DNA from: an uncultured Alphaproteobacteria bacterium
GTDB lineage: Bacteria > Pseudomonadota > Alphaproteobacteria > Rs-D84
Direction: 5' to 3'
NCBI GenBank assembly: GCA_937900435.1
Contig: CALCEG010000006.1
Location: 1-36,958, forward strand
Length of the DNA stretch: 36,958 nucleotides
This document shows, piece after piece, positions 18,701-24,001 of this stretch. The notes under the pieces are model-generated. The model saw only the letters and a program-made list of their open reading frames with translations. It was not told the origin of the DNA and made no database searches. How positions within the stretch are numbered: position 1 is the first letter of the stretch; the number at the start of each line of letters is the position of its first letter. The position numbers were made by a program, and so were the translations under genes.

Positions 18701-20196
18701 AATGGGCAAATCGTGAAATTCGCAAAAAGTTGAAAGCGGAACCTGATATAAATACCATAAATAAAACTATGGAATTATCAGAAAAAGCACAAAAAGCCCT
18801 TAAATCAGTCAATTCAGACGATTTAGCGGAAGCACAAGCAGCAGTAAAACAAATCCGCGAATGGCAAATGTTTGTTGCCGACCAAGATGTACCTGCAACT
18901 TGGTATTCAAAATTGATTGGTTCGTGGTATCCAAAAGCAATGTTGTATAACATCAATACGCATAGCGTGAATATCTTGGGAACGGGTATAAACTATGCTG
19001 TGGTCGAGGCTGCACTCGAAATTCAATATGGGAAAGGGAAAGTATCAAAAAGCGCAGTGGATGCAGAAAAAAAGCGTTTGCGTGCATTATACGATTCTAA
19101 TTTGGTAAGTTTAGCGGGTATGATGGACCCAACAAGCCCAACATTATTACATGGTGAACAATACAATCCACGCGAGGGTAGAGGTTTAGGCGCAAAGGCT
19201 GTAAACTTTTCAATGGATTTATTGGGTAAAGAAGATAACTGGTTCAAGGTCCAAGTATATGTTGATGCATTAAATCGTATTGCCACCGCAGACGCAGCAA
19301 AAACAGGCGAAAGTCCAACAGAATTATTTAGACTTTACAAGCGTTTAGATAATCCAAAAGACAGTCGTGCATACAAAGCGCATCAAGAAGCAGTTGTAAT
19401 AGCCCAGACAGCAGTATTTCAACAGACAGGAGTATTATCAACAGCATTGAAAAAAGGTCGTGATGCTTTGAACAATTTAACTATATTTGGATATAAAACC
19501 GAATTGGGAACATTGTTAGCACCATTTGTCAAAACACCAGCGAACATCGTGGAACAAGGCGCACGTGCAATCGCCGCCCCGATAAGAGTCGCAAATCACG
19601 CAATAAAAAGCGATTGGAAAAATTGGTCTGTTCAAGATACCTTGGATGTTGGGTATTTTGTATTAGGTTGTGCGCTTGGTGCGATTGCTATGATGACGGA
19701 CTATGAGCCGCCCTATGAAGCACCACACAAATACGACCCGAATAAACCTTATGATTCAATAAAAATCTTTGGTGGAGCGTGGATTAAACTTGATACATTT
19801 GGTATCGCGGCGGTTCCAATGCGTGTCATGGCGTCTTTAATGACCGGAAAAGGGCTTGGTGTAGCCGGAACACTGAACGATATACCTTTGGTAGGAGATT
19901 TAGCGGAATCTTATCAACAAGCGGCACAGATAGAACAAGCCCCATACACCAAAGGAACAAGATTTATTGCAAATCTGGGGTATAATCGTATCAATACAGC
20001 AGTTCCAGCAATAGCGCGTTATACTATCGCAGCGATGCACCCAGCGGACATCGGTTTGGAAAATGTGGATTTTGGATTGCCAAAAACAGGCATCGGTCGT
20101 AAGATTAAAAGACAATACGGATTGGACGGTGGCGACACAACCACGAACGATATATTGCGTATATTCTTTAACAGATTGAAGATTGCTGAGGAATAA
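12718..20196 (+). CDS. Giant 2,492-aa virion-associated polyvalent/ejection protein candidate (gp16 position)
   Basis: A single uninterrupted ORF with ATG directly after the upstream stop. It has Gly-rich hydrophobic segments near both ends, a ParB-like GNGR segment, and an HEMSH zincin motif. It is the last gene before the double terminator. Confidence 0.6.
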   Translation: MEKDFLTDQTLSLDDAIAKAQSITPDDDPQFDPVLPSQLNTAEKTPSKHTMSMDDALKTYRLKMDSIEGLTRIANGDITTHFWGNLAKGAGDFIQEMKMQPAKFDGMVYRAFNGHVWPNMTEDEAVRLMDSATSYVANQERLRNIIVQSQGGADSLVRPLGSGALQVLSLGVVGLMTGGAGIGALAGLQEASDISQEFAEKAMDENGGTLRGYDNREDALYAALHGIISGYIETKLGVENLFTGAAKNTFASRLGTQILKSAAGEGAEEFLQEGSKFLFENMAGKNNRTGGEFLKDALTNAVYGAILGGAFSIPMYQVNKLRINKALRAQGFTDVEADEMTNDMIDNAKKSILQEVDTRSQLREHYGEQWTGLKNKVIIALENAGWKETHPEIDLEKYAADNADDIVRPLFNMSNKFGIDTRDLLQLADIDVIDNAIYLKPMNLGSAEVIANRIREKKEQVKRLNILARTGAGNPETKRTLNTQIELLQKYYEKLTGDRLNLARRTRAGKARLDAEVLASTAPAVSETIANIDISQMSSGEPTTQIREKLDGQPFVYVGDKQLPVEYKVVPMDEVIASHIGQDINTNYSLKELQNRAQRGSRTDVSILQSRAAKIQPENLGIAYNTQNGAPVVNDKGEVIAGNGRYEVLRMTDEKGRARYNKYLESLGLDLTGIKDPILVRVMHNLTPEQQIAVADASNVSATSAFDNASQAAQDAKLLKGTTGVTDFLNKIPIESRQGLFLANDRVNKVALDRRYNDALMMWLLNNDTELYEELYLMGGITQKIQSALNQSIPQLMSLENQYPDVGLRQDLANALKRLPQISRQADFAFAISQVEIDDGRPDLFNENALLYVLNFGKNTKTWEGTGADRLQVGLTLPEFFDTYTQKATTNQENIGQVDMFGQPLAVEQSRGDLLAETLTLAFPREFQDGAATSRDMKAVFLTRAQTAPTQLNQMDLLDTVQPSLFADDTSTASAVRNLPWETPVNVSNPTFFNRMPDANDIEIARNNGIDSFLILDKNEVPSKLVLLDGSVVGLKPGAKVPSGKDLYKPSTPRQLFQTEERNLVVTHGISLRNLQKVLDLGGMAAPSIAISSINEPLTDFGTITLVGNKDIIDPAKSANRVYDRDIWSPTMPFKTYPKAKTKSANAFRDKFKSTFVKADDEANLGEVLYYAQNSARPEQAVQKFEWSRGAKLYYVENVLGKKIDIPTRSVNKDDIWGLHPDQEFIDALKDVDSMAPMDEVIKKVTDAARALINRTDYGKYTKEYRETFLSDYPEDYSGNFNRMDSILYQTKKYAQNIGETEVDTSALGRILDEYANNDQNYQKWAESQIEEMLGSPKVEVGKKLLDWNLENVTKAMLKAGTVNGQNSLVYGVGKVISAGSTRFTSIKGIKEAAKNLKTKKDAAELTDALGARMQDFTNKFMSDSDFTNSMEQKEAAFRALGTLAASGNPTKERLQSVLNYELANKEKYPDELLQEGVDIAKATKEVVRYYFEAKPQRSVLLTEFSGAVMPDDSSYDEMAQKLKDLGLQVERTDNLQQGIRNIENSVGGVLFQGRKVNGFYDPELEVIVLGRSSNTGTLPHEMSHYWANTIFNLVKSGKYNNNPDFMAQAMGMFRMLGVGMNQDTLTRDQQEMFASMTESYIFGMARVPEGIKLPMTAFFNWVPAKYKSFQDIGYINSEGKVINPIFDKYAVEWFNAWYANGTLPSIDASPLMMENSNGEQDGRIIPSTAEVMKTREAEMTAEADRLKRARTDQTTEAMESTPLSERAAAAAAEVEIESKPDNLKLSEPPAEKKKNIVSYLIPGRGTNTREGMFQVARDYLKKEPEHAREIAFGNPALVQNDTGVDRAILIRALMEEYKQGDPEYAELYHNLAETVSLAGKTPGLSNDMNFQYYRVAMDRIRNGMEAKAAIKYAGTRNLNKARRTFNADIDAFIQEHAAKILNTAPDTDKREMLIKQMLAEATLKFGGETATQLNQEDLRRGRGIKSGEREVFTEWANREIRKKLKAEPDINTINKTMELSEKAQKALKSVNSDDLAEAQAAVKQIREWQMFVADQDVPATWYSKLIGSWYPKAMLYNINTHSVNILGTGINYAVVEAALEIQYGKGKVSKSAVDAEKKRLRALYDSNLVSLAGMMDPTSPTLLHGEQYNPREGRGLGAKAVNFSMDLLGKEDNWFKVQVYVDALNRIATADAAKTGESPTELFRLYKRLDNPKDSRAYKAHQEAVVIAQTAVFQQTGVLSTALKKGRDALNNLTIFGYKTELGTLLAPFVKTPANIVEQGARAIAAPIRVANHAIKSDWKNWSVQDTLDVGYFVLGCALGAIAMMTDYEPPYEAPHKYDPNKPYDSIKIFGGAWIKLDTFGIAAVPMRVMASLMTGKGLGVAGTLNDIPLVGDLAESYQQAAQIEQAPYTKGTRFIANLGYNRINTAVPAIARYTIAAMHPADIGLENVDFGLPKTGIGRKIKRQYGLDGGDTTTNDILRIFFNRLKIAEE
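14411..14870 (+). other. ParB/sulfiredoxin-like segment inside the giant protein (tentative)
   Basis: VVPMDEVIASH...PENLGIAYNTQNGAPVVNDKGEVIAGNGRYEVLR resembles the ParB N-terminal-domain pattern (hydrophobic-x-G-x-x-R after a PxxL...P-hydrophobic-hydrophobic segment). Confidence 0.3.
17377..17650 (+). other. HExxH zincin-like metallopeptidase signature inside the giant protein
   Basis: NGFYDPELEVIVLGRSSNTGTLPHEMSHYW (HEMSH at 17458-17472), followed by QEMFASMTESYIFG, which supplies a possible third ligand Glu. Confidence 0.4.
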
Positions 20197-20201
20197 TTTA
20201 T

Positions 20202-20226
20202 AATCGCCAAGGTTGGCGATTTTCAA
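20202..20226 (+). terminator. Late-operon terminator 1
   Basis: Stem AATCGCCAA / TTGGCGATT around GG, followed by TTTTC. Confidence 0.55.
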
Positions 20227-20287
20227 GGAATCCGCGGGGTTATTGTCGCCAAGGTTGGCGTTTTTCCAGAATTCCGCGGGTTTCAGG
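20204..20287 (+). repeat. Tandem 42-bp repeat (2 copies); each copy is a hairpin, a T-run and a CCGCGG palindrome
   Basis: TCGCCAAGGTTGGCGATTTTCAAGGAATCCGCGGGGTTATTG versus TCGCCAAGGTTGGCGTTTTTCCAGAATTCCGCGGGTTTCAGG, about 33/42 identical. Confidence 0.85.
20247..20265 (+). terminator. Late-operon terminator 2
   Basis: CGCCAA-GG-TTGGCG followed by TTTTT. Confidence 0.7.
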
Positions 20288-20349
20288 TTGACAAAATAAG
20301 CAAAACCAAATACACCAAGGGATTTAGAGTGTGTTTTTGGTTTTGTCAA
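20288..20349. repeat. Large hairpin / inverted repeat with two alternative registers
   Basis: CAAAACCAAA (20301-20310) pairs with TTTGGTTTTG (20336-20345). Alternatively, TTGACAAAA (20288-20296) pairs with TTTTGTCAA (20341-20349). Confidence 0.7.
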
Positions 20350-20353
20350 CATA

Positions 20354-20400
20354 AAATTGCTTTAATTTGATATTATGACGATATTATATTAAAGCAATTT
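20354..20400. repeat. 13-bp perfect inverted repeat with a 21-bp spacer that holds GATATTAT twice
   Basis: AAATTGCTTTAAT (20354-20366) and ATTAAAGCAATTT (20388-20400); the spacer is ttgatattatgacgatattat. Confidence 0.85.
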
Positions 20401-20473
20401 AGGCGGAAAGTAGGCGAGATTCCAGAAGCCGAAATCACGATAAAGGGCTTTAACATCAGTAATCGACGGATTA

Positions 20474-20518
20474 CCGCAATCGCAAAATGAACGGACACGA
20501 AGCCGATTGGGTTTTTTT
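20474..20518 (+). terminator. Weak terminator-like element ending a GC-richer island
   Basis: CC(G)CAATCG pairs with CGATTGGG (8 bp with one bulge, 21-nt loop), followed by a T7 run (20512-20518). Confidence 0.3.
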
Positions 20519-20625
20519 ATACTATAAGAATCAGGAATAAAAATCATTATTATCAAAAATAAGGTCTGGACATATTGGAAATCTGGGAAAAGTATATTTT
20601 TGATAGAAATAATGGCATAAAACCG

Positions 20626-20673
20626 TATGGAAAGATATATGGAATGTATGATGGATTCAAATATGGAATAAGT
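20626..20673. repeat. Four tandem 12-bp iteron-like repeats (core ATGGA at exact 12-bp phase)
   Basis: The units are tatggaaagata, tatggaatgtat, gatggattcaaa and tatggaataagt. ATGGA starts at 20627, 20639, 20651 and 20663. Confidence 0.8.
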
Positions 20674-20678
20674 CGTCA

Positions 20679-20741
20679 ATATGTTAAAAAAACTATAATT
20701 ATTTAACATATCGCAAAAATAACTATAAAGTTTTAACATAT
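20679..20741. repeat. TTTAACATAT motif three times (one inverted), including a 21-bp direct repeat 30 bp apart
   Basis: ATATGTTAAA is at 20679-20688. AACTATAATTATTTAACATAT (20691-20711) and AACTATAAAGTTTTAACATAT (20721-20741) are 18/21 identical. Confidence 0.8.
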
Positions 20742-20759
20742 TTTGAAATTATGTTTTAC

Positions 20760-20768
20760 ATTATACCA
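20760..20768 (-). promoter_or_regulatory. Possible extended -10 promoter (TGGTATAAT) reading leftward into the non-coding region
   Basis: The reverse complement of attatacca is TGGTATAAT. There is no good -35. It is divergent from the rightward promoter at 20826. Confidence 0.35.
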
Positions 20769-20825
20769 GGAATACGTAAAAGATAATTTACATTTATCGA
20801 TTTTTTCCATTTTGGAAATAACCAC

Positions 20826-20855
20826 TTGACATTATATGATGGTCTGTGTCATATT
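20826..20855 (+). promoter_or_regulatory. Early promoter P-A (TTGACA-18-CATATT with TG extension)
   Basis: TTGACA at 20826-20831, TGtCATATT at 20847-20855. It shares CTTGACATTATAT with the promoter at 25813. Confidence 0.6.
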
Positions 20856-20861
20856 ATATAT

Positions 20862-20945
20862 GAAGCAAATTTTTTCATGTTTTTTCATGCTTTCTGTGCA
20901 AACCCCCAGTTTCTCTCTCCTCATTTTAACTGGGGAATTTTTTTT
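20862..20945 (+). ncRNA. Candidate ~85-nt promoter-to-terminator transcript (sRNA or attenuated leader)
   Basis: The predicted start lies just after P-A and the end is at the terminator 20904-20945. There is no RBS-preceded ORF. The terminator loop is CU-rich (tctctctcctcatttt). Confidence 0.35.
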
Positions 20946-20952
20946 ATTTTTT
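20904..20952 (+). terminator. Rho-independent terminator between the two early promoters
   Basis: CCCCAGTT (20904-20911) / AACTGGGG (20928-20935), 16-nt loop, then AA plus T8 and a second T6 run. Confidence 0.7.
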
Positions 20953-20955
20953 CGC

Positions 20956-20983
20956 TTGACTATTATAAAATGTATGTTATAAT
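20956..20983 (+). promoter_or_regulatory. Early promoter P-B (TTGACT-16-TATAAT)
   Basis: TTGACT at 20956-20961, TATAAT at 20978-20983. About 45 bp are nearly identical to the promoter at 25229. The leader holds a 9-bp hairpin, GGAATCCTG/CAGGATTCC (21021-21045). Confidence 0.7.
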
Positions 20984-21068
20984 ATGTATACATAAAGGTC
21001 ATAAGGGGGCTAAAAAGTTTGGAATCCTGCCCTTATCAGGATTCCATCAAACTATAAGGGAGTTTGAA

Positions 21069-21281
21069 ATGAGATATACAACTAAACTTTATATTATAAT
21101 CGTTATTTTAACGACAGTGTTGTTTTGGCGTGAATGTGTTCATGCGAATCGTTTAACTTATATAATTCAACACACTAATAATTTTTGTGAAAATCAAGTT
21201 GCAGACGCGATTCAATCAACAAGTGATGAATTGTTGGTTGCTTGCGAAGCGCGTATCGACCAAATCTTATTAAATAAATAA
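21069..21281 (+). CDS. Small membrane-anchored protein (70 aa)
   Basis: Internal ATG preceded by AAGGGAG. The TM segment is LYIIIVILTTVLFW. The upstream part of the track ORF covers promoters and a terminator. Confidence 0.65.
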   Translation: MRYTTKLYIIIVILTTVLFWRECVHANRLTYIIQHTNNFCENQVADAIQSTSDELLVACEARIDQILLNK

Positions 21282-21292
21282 AAGGTGTAAAT

Positions 21293-21559
21293 ATGATTAT
21301 TAAAATAGTTCAAGAGCAACATTTTATCGAGGGCGATAGATATAAAGCGTTTTTATATCAAAACAACGAATGTCTTTGCTGTTTGGTATCTGGCGTAAAA
21401 GCAAAGGATTATTTAGATATGTGCGAAAAATTAGACGGGTTAAAAATTAGGTTAGAGCAACTTGGTAATTCTGTTGATATTATTACAAAGTTCGAACCAG
21501 ACCCAAATTTCGCAACAGAAGCCGAAGCCAATGAATGTATAATGAATAAAGGTTATTAA
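21293..21559 (+). CDS. Hypothetical 88-aa protein
   Basis: ORF track. AAGGTG lies upstream. Confidence 0.75.
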   Translation: MIIKIVQEQHFIEGDRYKAFLYQNNECLCCLVSGVKAKDYLDMCEKLDGLKIRLEQLGNSVDIITKFEPDPNFATEAEANECIMNKGY

Positions 21560-21560
21560 A

Positions 21561-21689
21561 ATGATTAAAGTTGTTGGTTATATAAACGGAAAAAGCATTT
21601 GTGATTATTTGCCTGATACACCAGAAAACAGGCGTTTAATCCAAACTGCGATATCTTATGGTTTAACCGCAGCAATTGTGAGGTTATAA
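21561..21689 (+). CDS. Hypothetical 42-aa protein (below the track cutoff)
   Basis: ATG 21561 follows AAAGGT. It reads MIKVVGYINGKSICDYLPDTPENRRLIQTAISYGLTAAIVRL, and its stop overlaps the next start (TAATG). Confidence 0.5.
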   Translation: MIKVVGYINGKSICDYLPDTPENRRLIQTAISYGLTAAIVRL

Positions 21690-22546
21690 TGAAAAAGAAA
21701 AAACAAACTTTACCGGCAGAAAAAATATCAATTACAAGCATGTCTGGATTGATTCATAATGATTCCCCAGAATTGCCTTGGCGCAACGAACAAACAGGCG
21801 AATTAGAAAACTGTCGTAAAAAATTGATTTACGCGGAGGAGTTATACGAAGCGTTGGGATTGGCTAAATCACATCGTGCGCGTTCTATTGCGAAATGGAA
21901 ATCGTGCGGATTTGAAAATATAGACTGGAACGAACGCGAAATTGTTGGAAAAAAACGCAATACAACATCTGCTTATTTGCGTGTTGAATTTGCAAAAAAA
22001 ATATGTATGCAAATACAAACCCCGATAGCAGACGCAGTGCGCGATTATCTTATTAAAGAAACAGCGGCGTTTTGGGCTGCTGCAAAGCGTCAAGCCCTTG
22101 CGGTTGCCAACCCAACAATTCAACCCCAATTTTCATTATCAGATGCGGTTCGTCAAGTTGTGGAAAAAGCCGTTAAAGATGCTGTGGAAATTGCGGTTGC
22201 TGAAACAAATCAACGCAATCAAACAGCGTCTAGGGAATTGTTTAATCAAAAATTTGCACTGTTGGAAGATATGAAAACTGAACACGTGGACGAAAGAAAC
22301 AAAGCAAATTTACGCGCGCATATATCAAATATGGTACGAAAACATTGTTTTGAACATGGTGAGGATTATAAAACTTTTTGGGAAAAATGTTATAACTCAT
22401 TCAAGATTCGTCATAAATCTTGCGATTGGTATTGGGCTTTTTCTAAATCCACAAATAAAGTTGGGTTTATTGCTGAAAATTTACCAATAAAATATTTGCA
22501 AGAGTTCCAGCAGATAGTAACATCTTTTATACTAGAATACAAATAA
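21689..22546 (+). CDS. AntA/antirepressor-like DNA-binding protein (function tentative)
   Basis: LIYAEELYEALGLAKSHRARSIAKWKS ... YLRVEFAKKICMQIQTPIADAVRDYLIK resembles the AntA/KilAC-type pattern. Confidence 0.45.
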   Translation: MKKKKQTLPAEKISITSMSGLIHNDSPELPWRNEQTGELENCRKKLIYAEELYEALGLAKSHRARSIAKWKSCGFENIDWNEREIVGKKRNTTSAYLRVEFAKKICMQIQTPIADAVRDYLIKETAAFWAAAKRQALAVANPTIQPQFSLSDAVRQVVEKAVKDAVEIAVAETNQRNQTASRELFNQKFALLEDMKTEHVDERNKANLRAHISNMVRKHCFEHGEDYKTFWEKCYNSFKIRHKSCDWYWAFSKSTNKVGFIAENLPIKYLQEFQQIVTSFILEYK

Positions 22547-22566
22547 AGCACAGAAAGGAGTAAAAT

Positions 22567-23064
22567 ATGCAGAAAAAACAATATAATTACAAGTCGCTTG
22601 AAAAAGCCACCAAAGCAGAATTGCAAGCGTGGATTTCAGAAGTGTTGTCATATTTGCGAACACTGCCACAAAATAATTACGAAGTAAGTCCCGAAACAAT
22701 AGATGCATTTTGTAATGACTGGACAGGTAAAAGCACCGACGCGGTTGCTGTAACCAATGATTACTTTGCTGAATTTTGGCGTTTATACCCACGCAAAGTC
22801 GGTTCCAAAGCAAAGGTCAAACAAGCATTCAATAACGCGGTTATTCGCGGTTCCACACCAGAACAGATACTGAATGGGACCGCTATGTATGCACGAATCC
22901 GTAATGAAATTACCAAAAAAGACCCATCAAAAGAATGTTTTACGGCACACCCGACAACATTCTTGAATCAAGATAGATTCTTGGCGGTTGATTCAATGCG
23001 TAAGGAATTACTGGGTTTAATCGGTAATACGCCAATGGCGATTGCCACTGTAACAGGATTTTAA
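22567..23064 (+). CDS. Hypothetical 165-aa protein with the FW-x-x-YP-x-K-x-G-x-K motif common in phage early regions
   Basis: FAEFWRLYPRKVGSKAKVKQAF ... AHPTTFLNQDRF. AAAGGAG lies upstream. Confidence 0.7.
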   Translation: MQKKQYNYKSLEKATKAELQAWISEVLSYLRTLPQNNYEVSPETIDAFCNDWTGKSTDAVAVTNDYFAEFWRLYPRKVGSKAKVKQAFNNAVIRGSTPEQILNGTAMYARIRNEITKKDPSKECFTAHPTTFLNQDRFLAVDSMRKELLGLIGNTPMAIATVTGF

Positions 23065-23075
23065 GAGGTGGAAAT

Positions 23076-23285
23076 ATGTATGGTTCAAAATATGCAGCCA
23101 GAAATTACCCATACTGGAAAGACAGAAAATGCGAACTTTGCGGGAAAAACGTATGCAATTCAGTATTTGAATTTGAGATAAGTTGGTTCCGTGGGGAGGA
23201 CATTTGTGTTGGTGTATGCAAAGATTGCGAACACAAAATAGAACAAATTAAAAAACTTGCAAAATCAAAAATAGAAAAGGATTAA
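23076..23285 (+). CDS. Small Zn-ribbon protein (CxxC ... CxxC)
   Basis: CELCGK ... CKDCEH. GAGGTGG lies upstream. Confidence 0.75.
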   Translation: MYGSKYAARNYPYWKDRKCELCGKNVCNSVFEFEISWFRGEDICVGVCKDCEHKIEQIKKLAKSKIEKD

Positions 23286-23287
23286 AA

Positions 23288-23557
23288 ATGGAAAATGCAC
23301 CTGATTTAGTAATGACAAACCCAACCGCTGGATTGGACAGCCAACAATTATTATCGTTCGTTCAAAGAATCGAAAAATTGAACGAGGACAAAGCCGCCAT
23401 CGAAGCTGATTTGAAAGAGGTTTTAGACGAGGCAAAGTTCGCTGGATTCGATAAAAAATACGTCAAAGAGATTGTTAAATTGCGTAAATTGGATTCGGAC
23501 GAATTGGACGAACAGGACGAACTGATGGCTATGTATAGACGTGCGGCAGGTTTATAA
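23288..23557 (+). CDS. gapR: GapR-like protein (DUF2312/UPF0335 family)
   Basis: QQLLSFVQRIEKLNEDKAAIEADLKEVLDEAKFAGFDKKYVKEIVKLRKLD..ELMAMYRRAAGL aligns along its length with Caulobacter GapR ([50 protein letters not shown]...ILDLYLSAIG). Confidence 0.85.
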   Translation: MENAPDLVMTNPTAGLDSQQLLSFVQRIEKLNEDKAAIEADLKEVLDEAKFAGFDKKYVKEIVKLRKLDSDELDEQDELMAMYRRAAGL

Positions 23558-23682
23558 TGCGTAAAACTCATAGGGTTGTTTTTGAATTTATGGAACCTGA
23601 TAAGTTAGAAAGGCAGGTGGTTATAAAGTATATGACAACCCGTGAATTTAATAAATTTATGAAAGGAAAAACAAATGAGTAA
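23557..23682 (+). CDS. Hypothetical 41-aa protein (below the track cutoff)
   Basis: It overlaps upstream by TAATG and downstream by the AATGAGTAA junction. Confidence 0.45.
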   Translation: MRKTHRVVFEFMEPDKLERQVVIKYMTTREFNKFMKGKTNE

Positions 23683-24001
23683 AACTTTACATTTGGTATT
23701 AAAAAGTAAATGGTATGATAAAATAGAATCTGGCGAAAAGACAAGTGAATATCGCGCGTGCACACCATATTGGAATAAAAGATTTTGTGGTTGGGCAGAC
23801 ATAACAAATATACACGGACCGAATTTACAACATAATTGGTATTCGTCCGTTGTGTTCCATCGTGGTTATACCAACAAAACAATGGAATTTAAAATAAGAG
23901 ATTATATCGATATAACCACCGAACCGAATGATTTGGGTTTGGATAAATGTTGGGAAATTAAACTTGGACAACGCATAACCAAAGGTGGCAACAATGAGTA
24001 A
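23675..24001 (+). CDS. ASCH-domain-like protein
   Basis: The N-terminus LHLVLKSKWYDKIESGEKTSEYRACTPYWNKRF matches the ASCH/PUA-like pattern common in phages. Confidence 0.6.
   Translation: MSKTLHLVLKSKWYDKIESGEKTSEYRACTPYWNKRFCGWADITNIHGPNLQHNWYSSVVFHRGYTNKTMEFKIRDYIDITTEPNDLGLDKCWEIKLGQRITKGGNNE

Noticed and set aside
12718-20196. Numerous antisense and alternative-frame ORFs inside the giant gene (for example 14652-15062, 15251-15667, 17739-18107, 19900-20352)
   Set aside because: They are shadow ORFs within a long, continuous, RBS-preceded + strand gene. None has an RBS or a recognisable motif.
20204-20287. Tandem 42-bp repeats as a CRISPR-like array
   Set aside because: There are only two directly adjacent copies with no spacers. 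Each is a hairpin plus a T-run, that is, a terminator.
20389-20739. 116-aa minus-strand ORF in the control region
   Set aside because: It has no RBS and extreme I/F/L/Y/N composition. Its S-I-x-x periodicity is produced by the 12-bp DNA iterons. It is more likely non-coding, although the C-terminal third (20389-20545) is less biased and cannot be fully excluded.
20826-21068. N-terminal 81 codons of track ORF 20826..21281
   Set aside because: It starts at TTG inside a -35 box and runs through two promoters and a terminator. The real start is ATG 21069 behind AAGGGAG.
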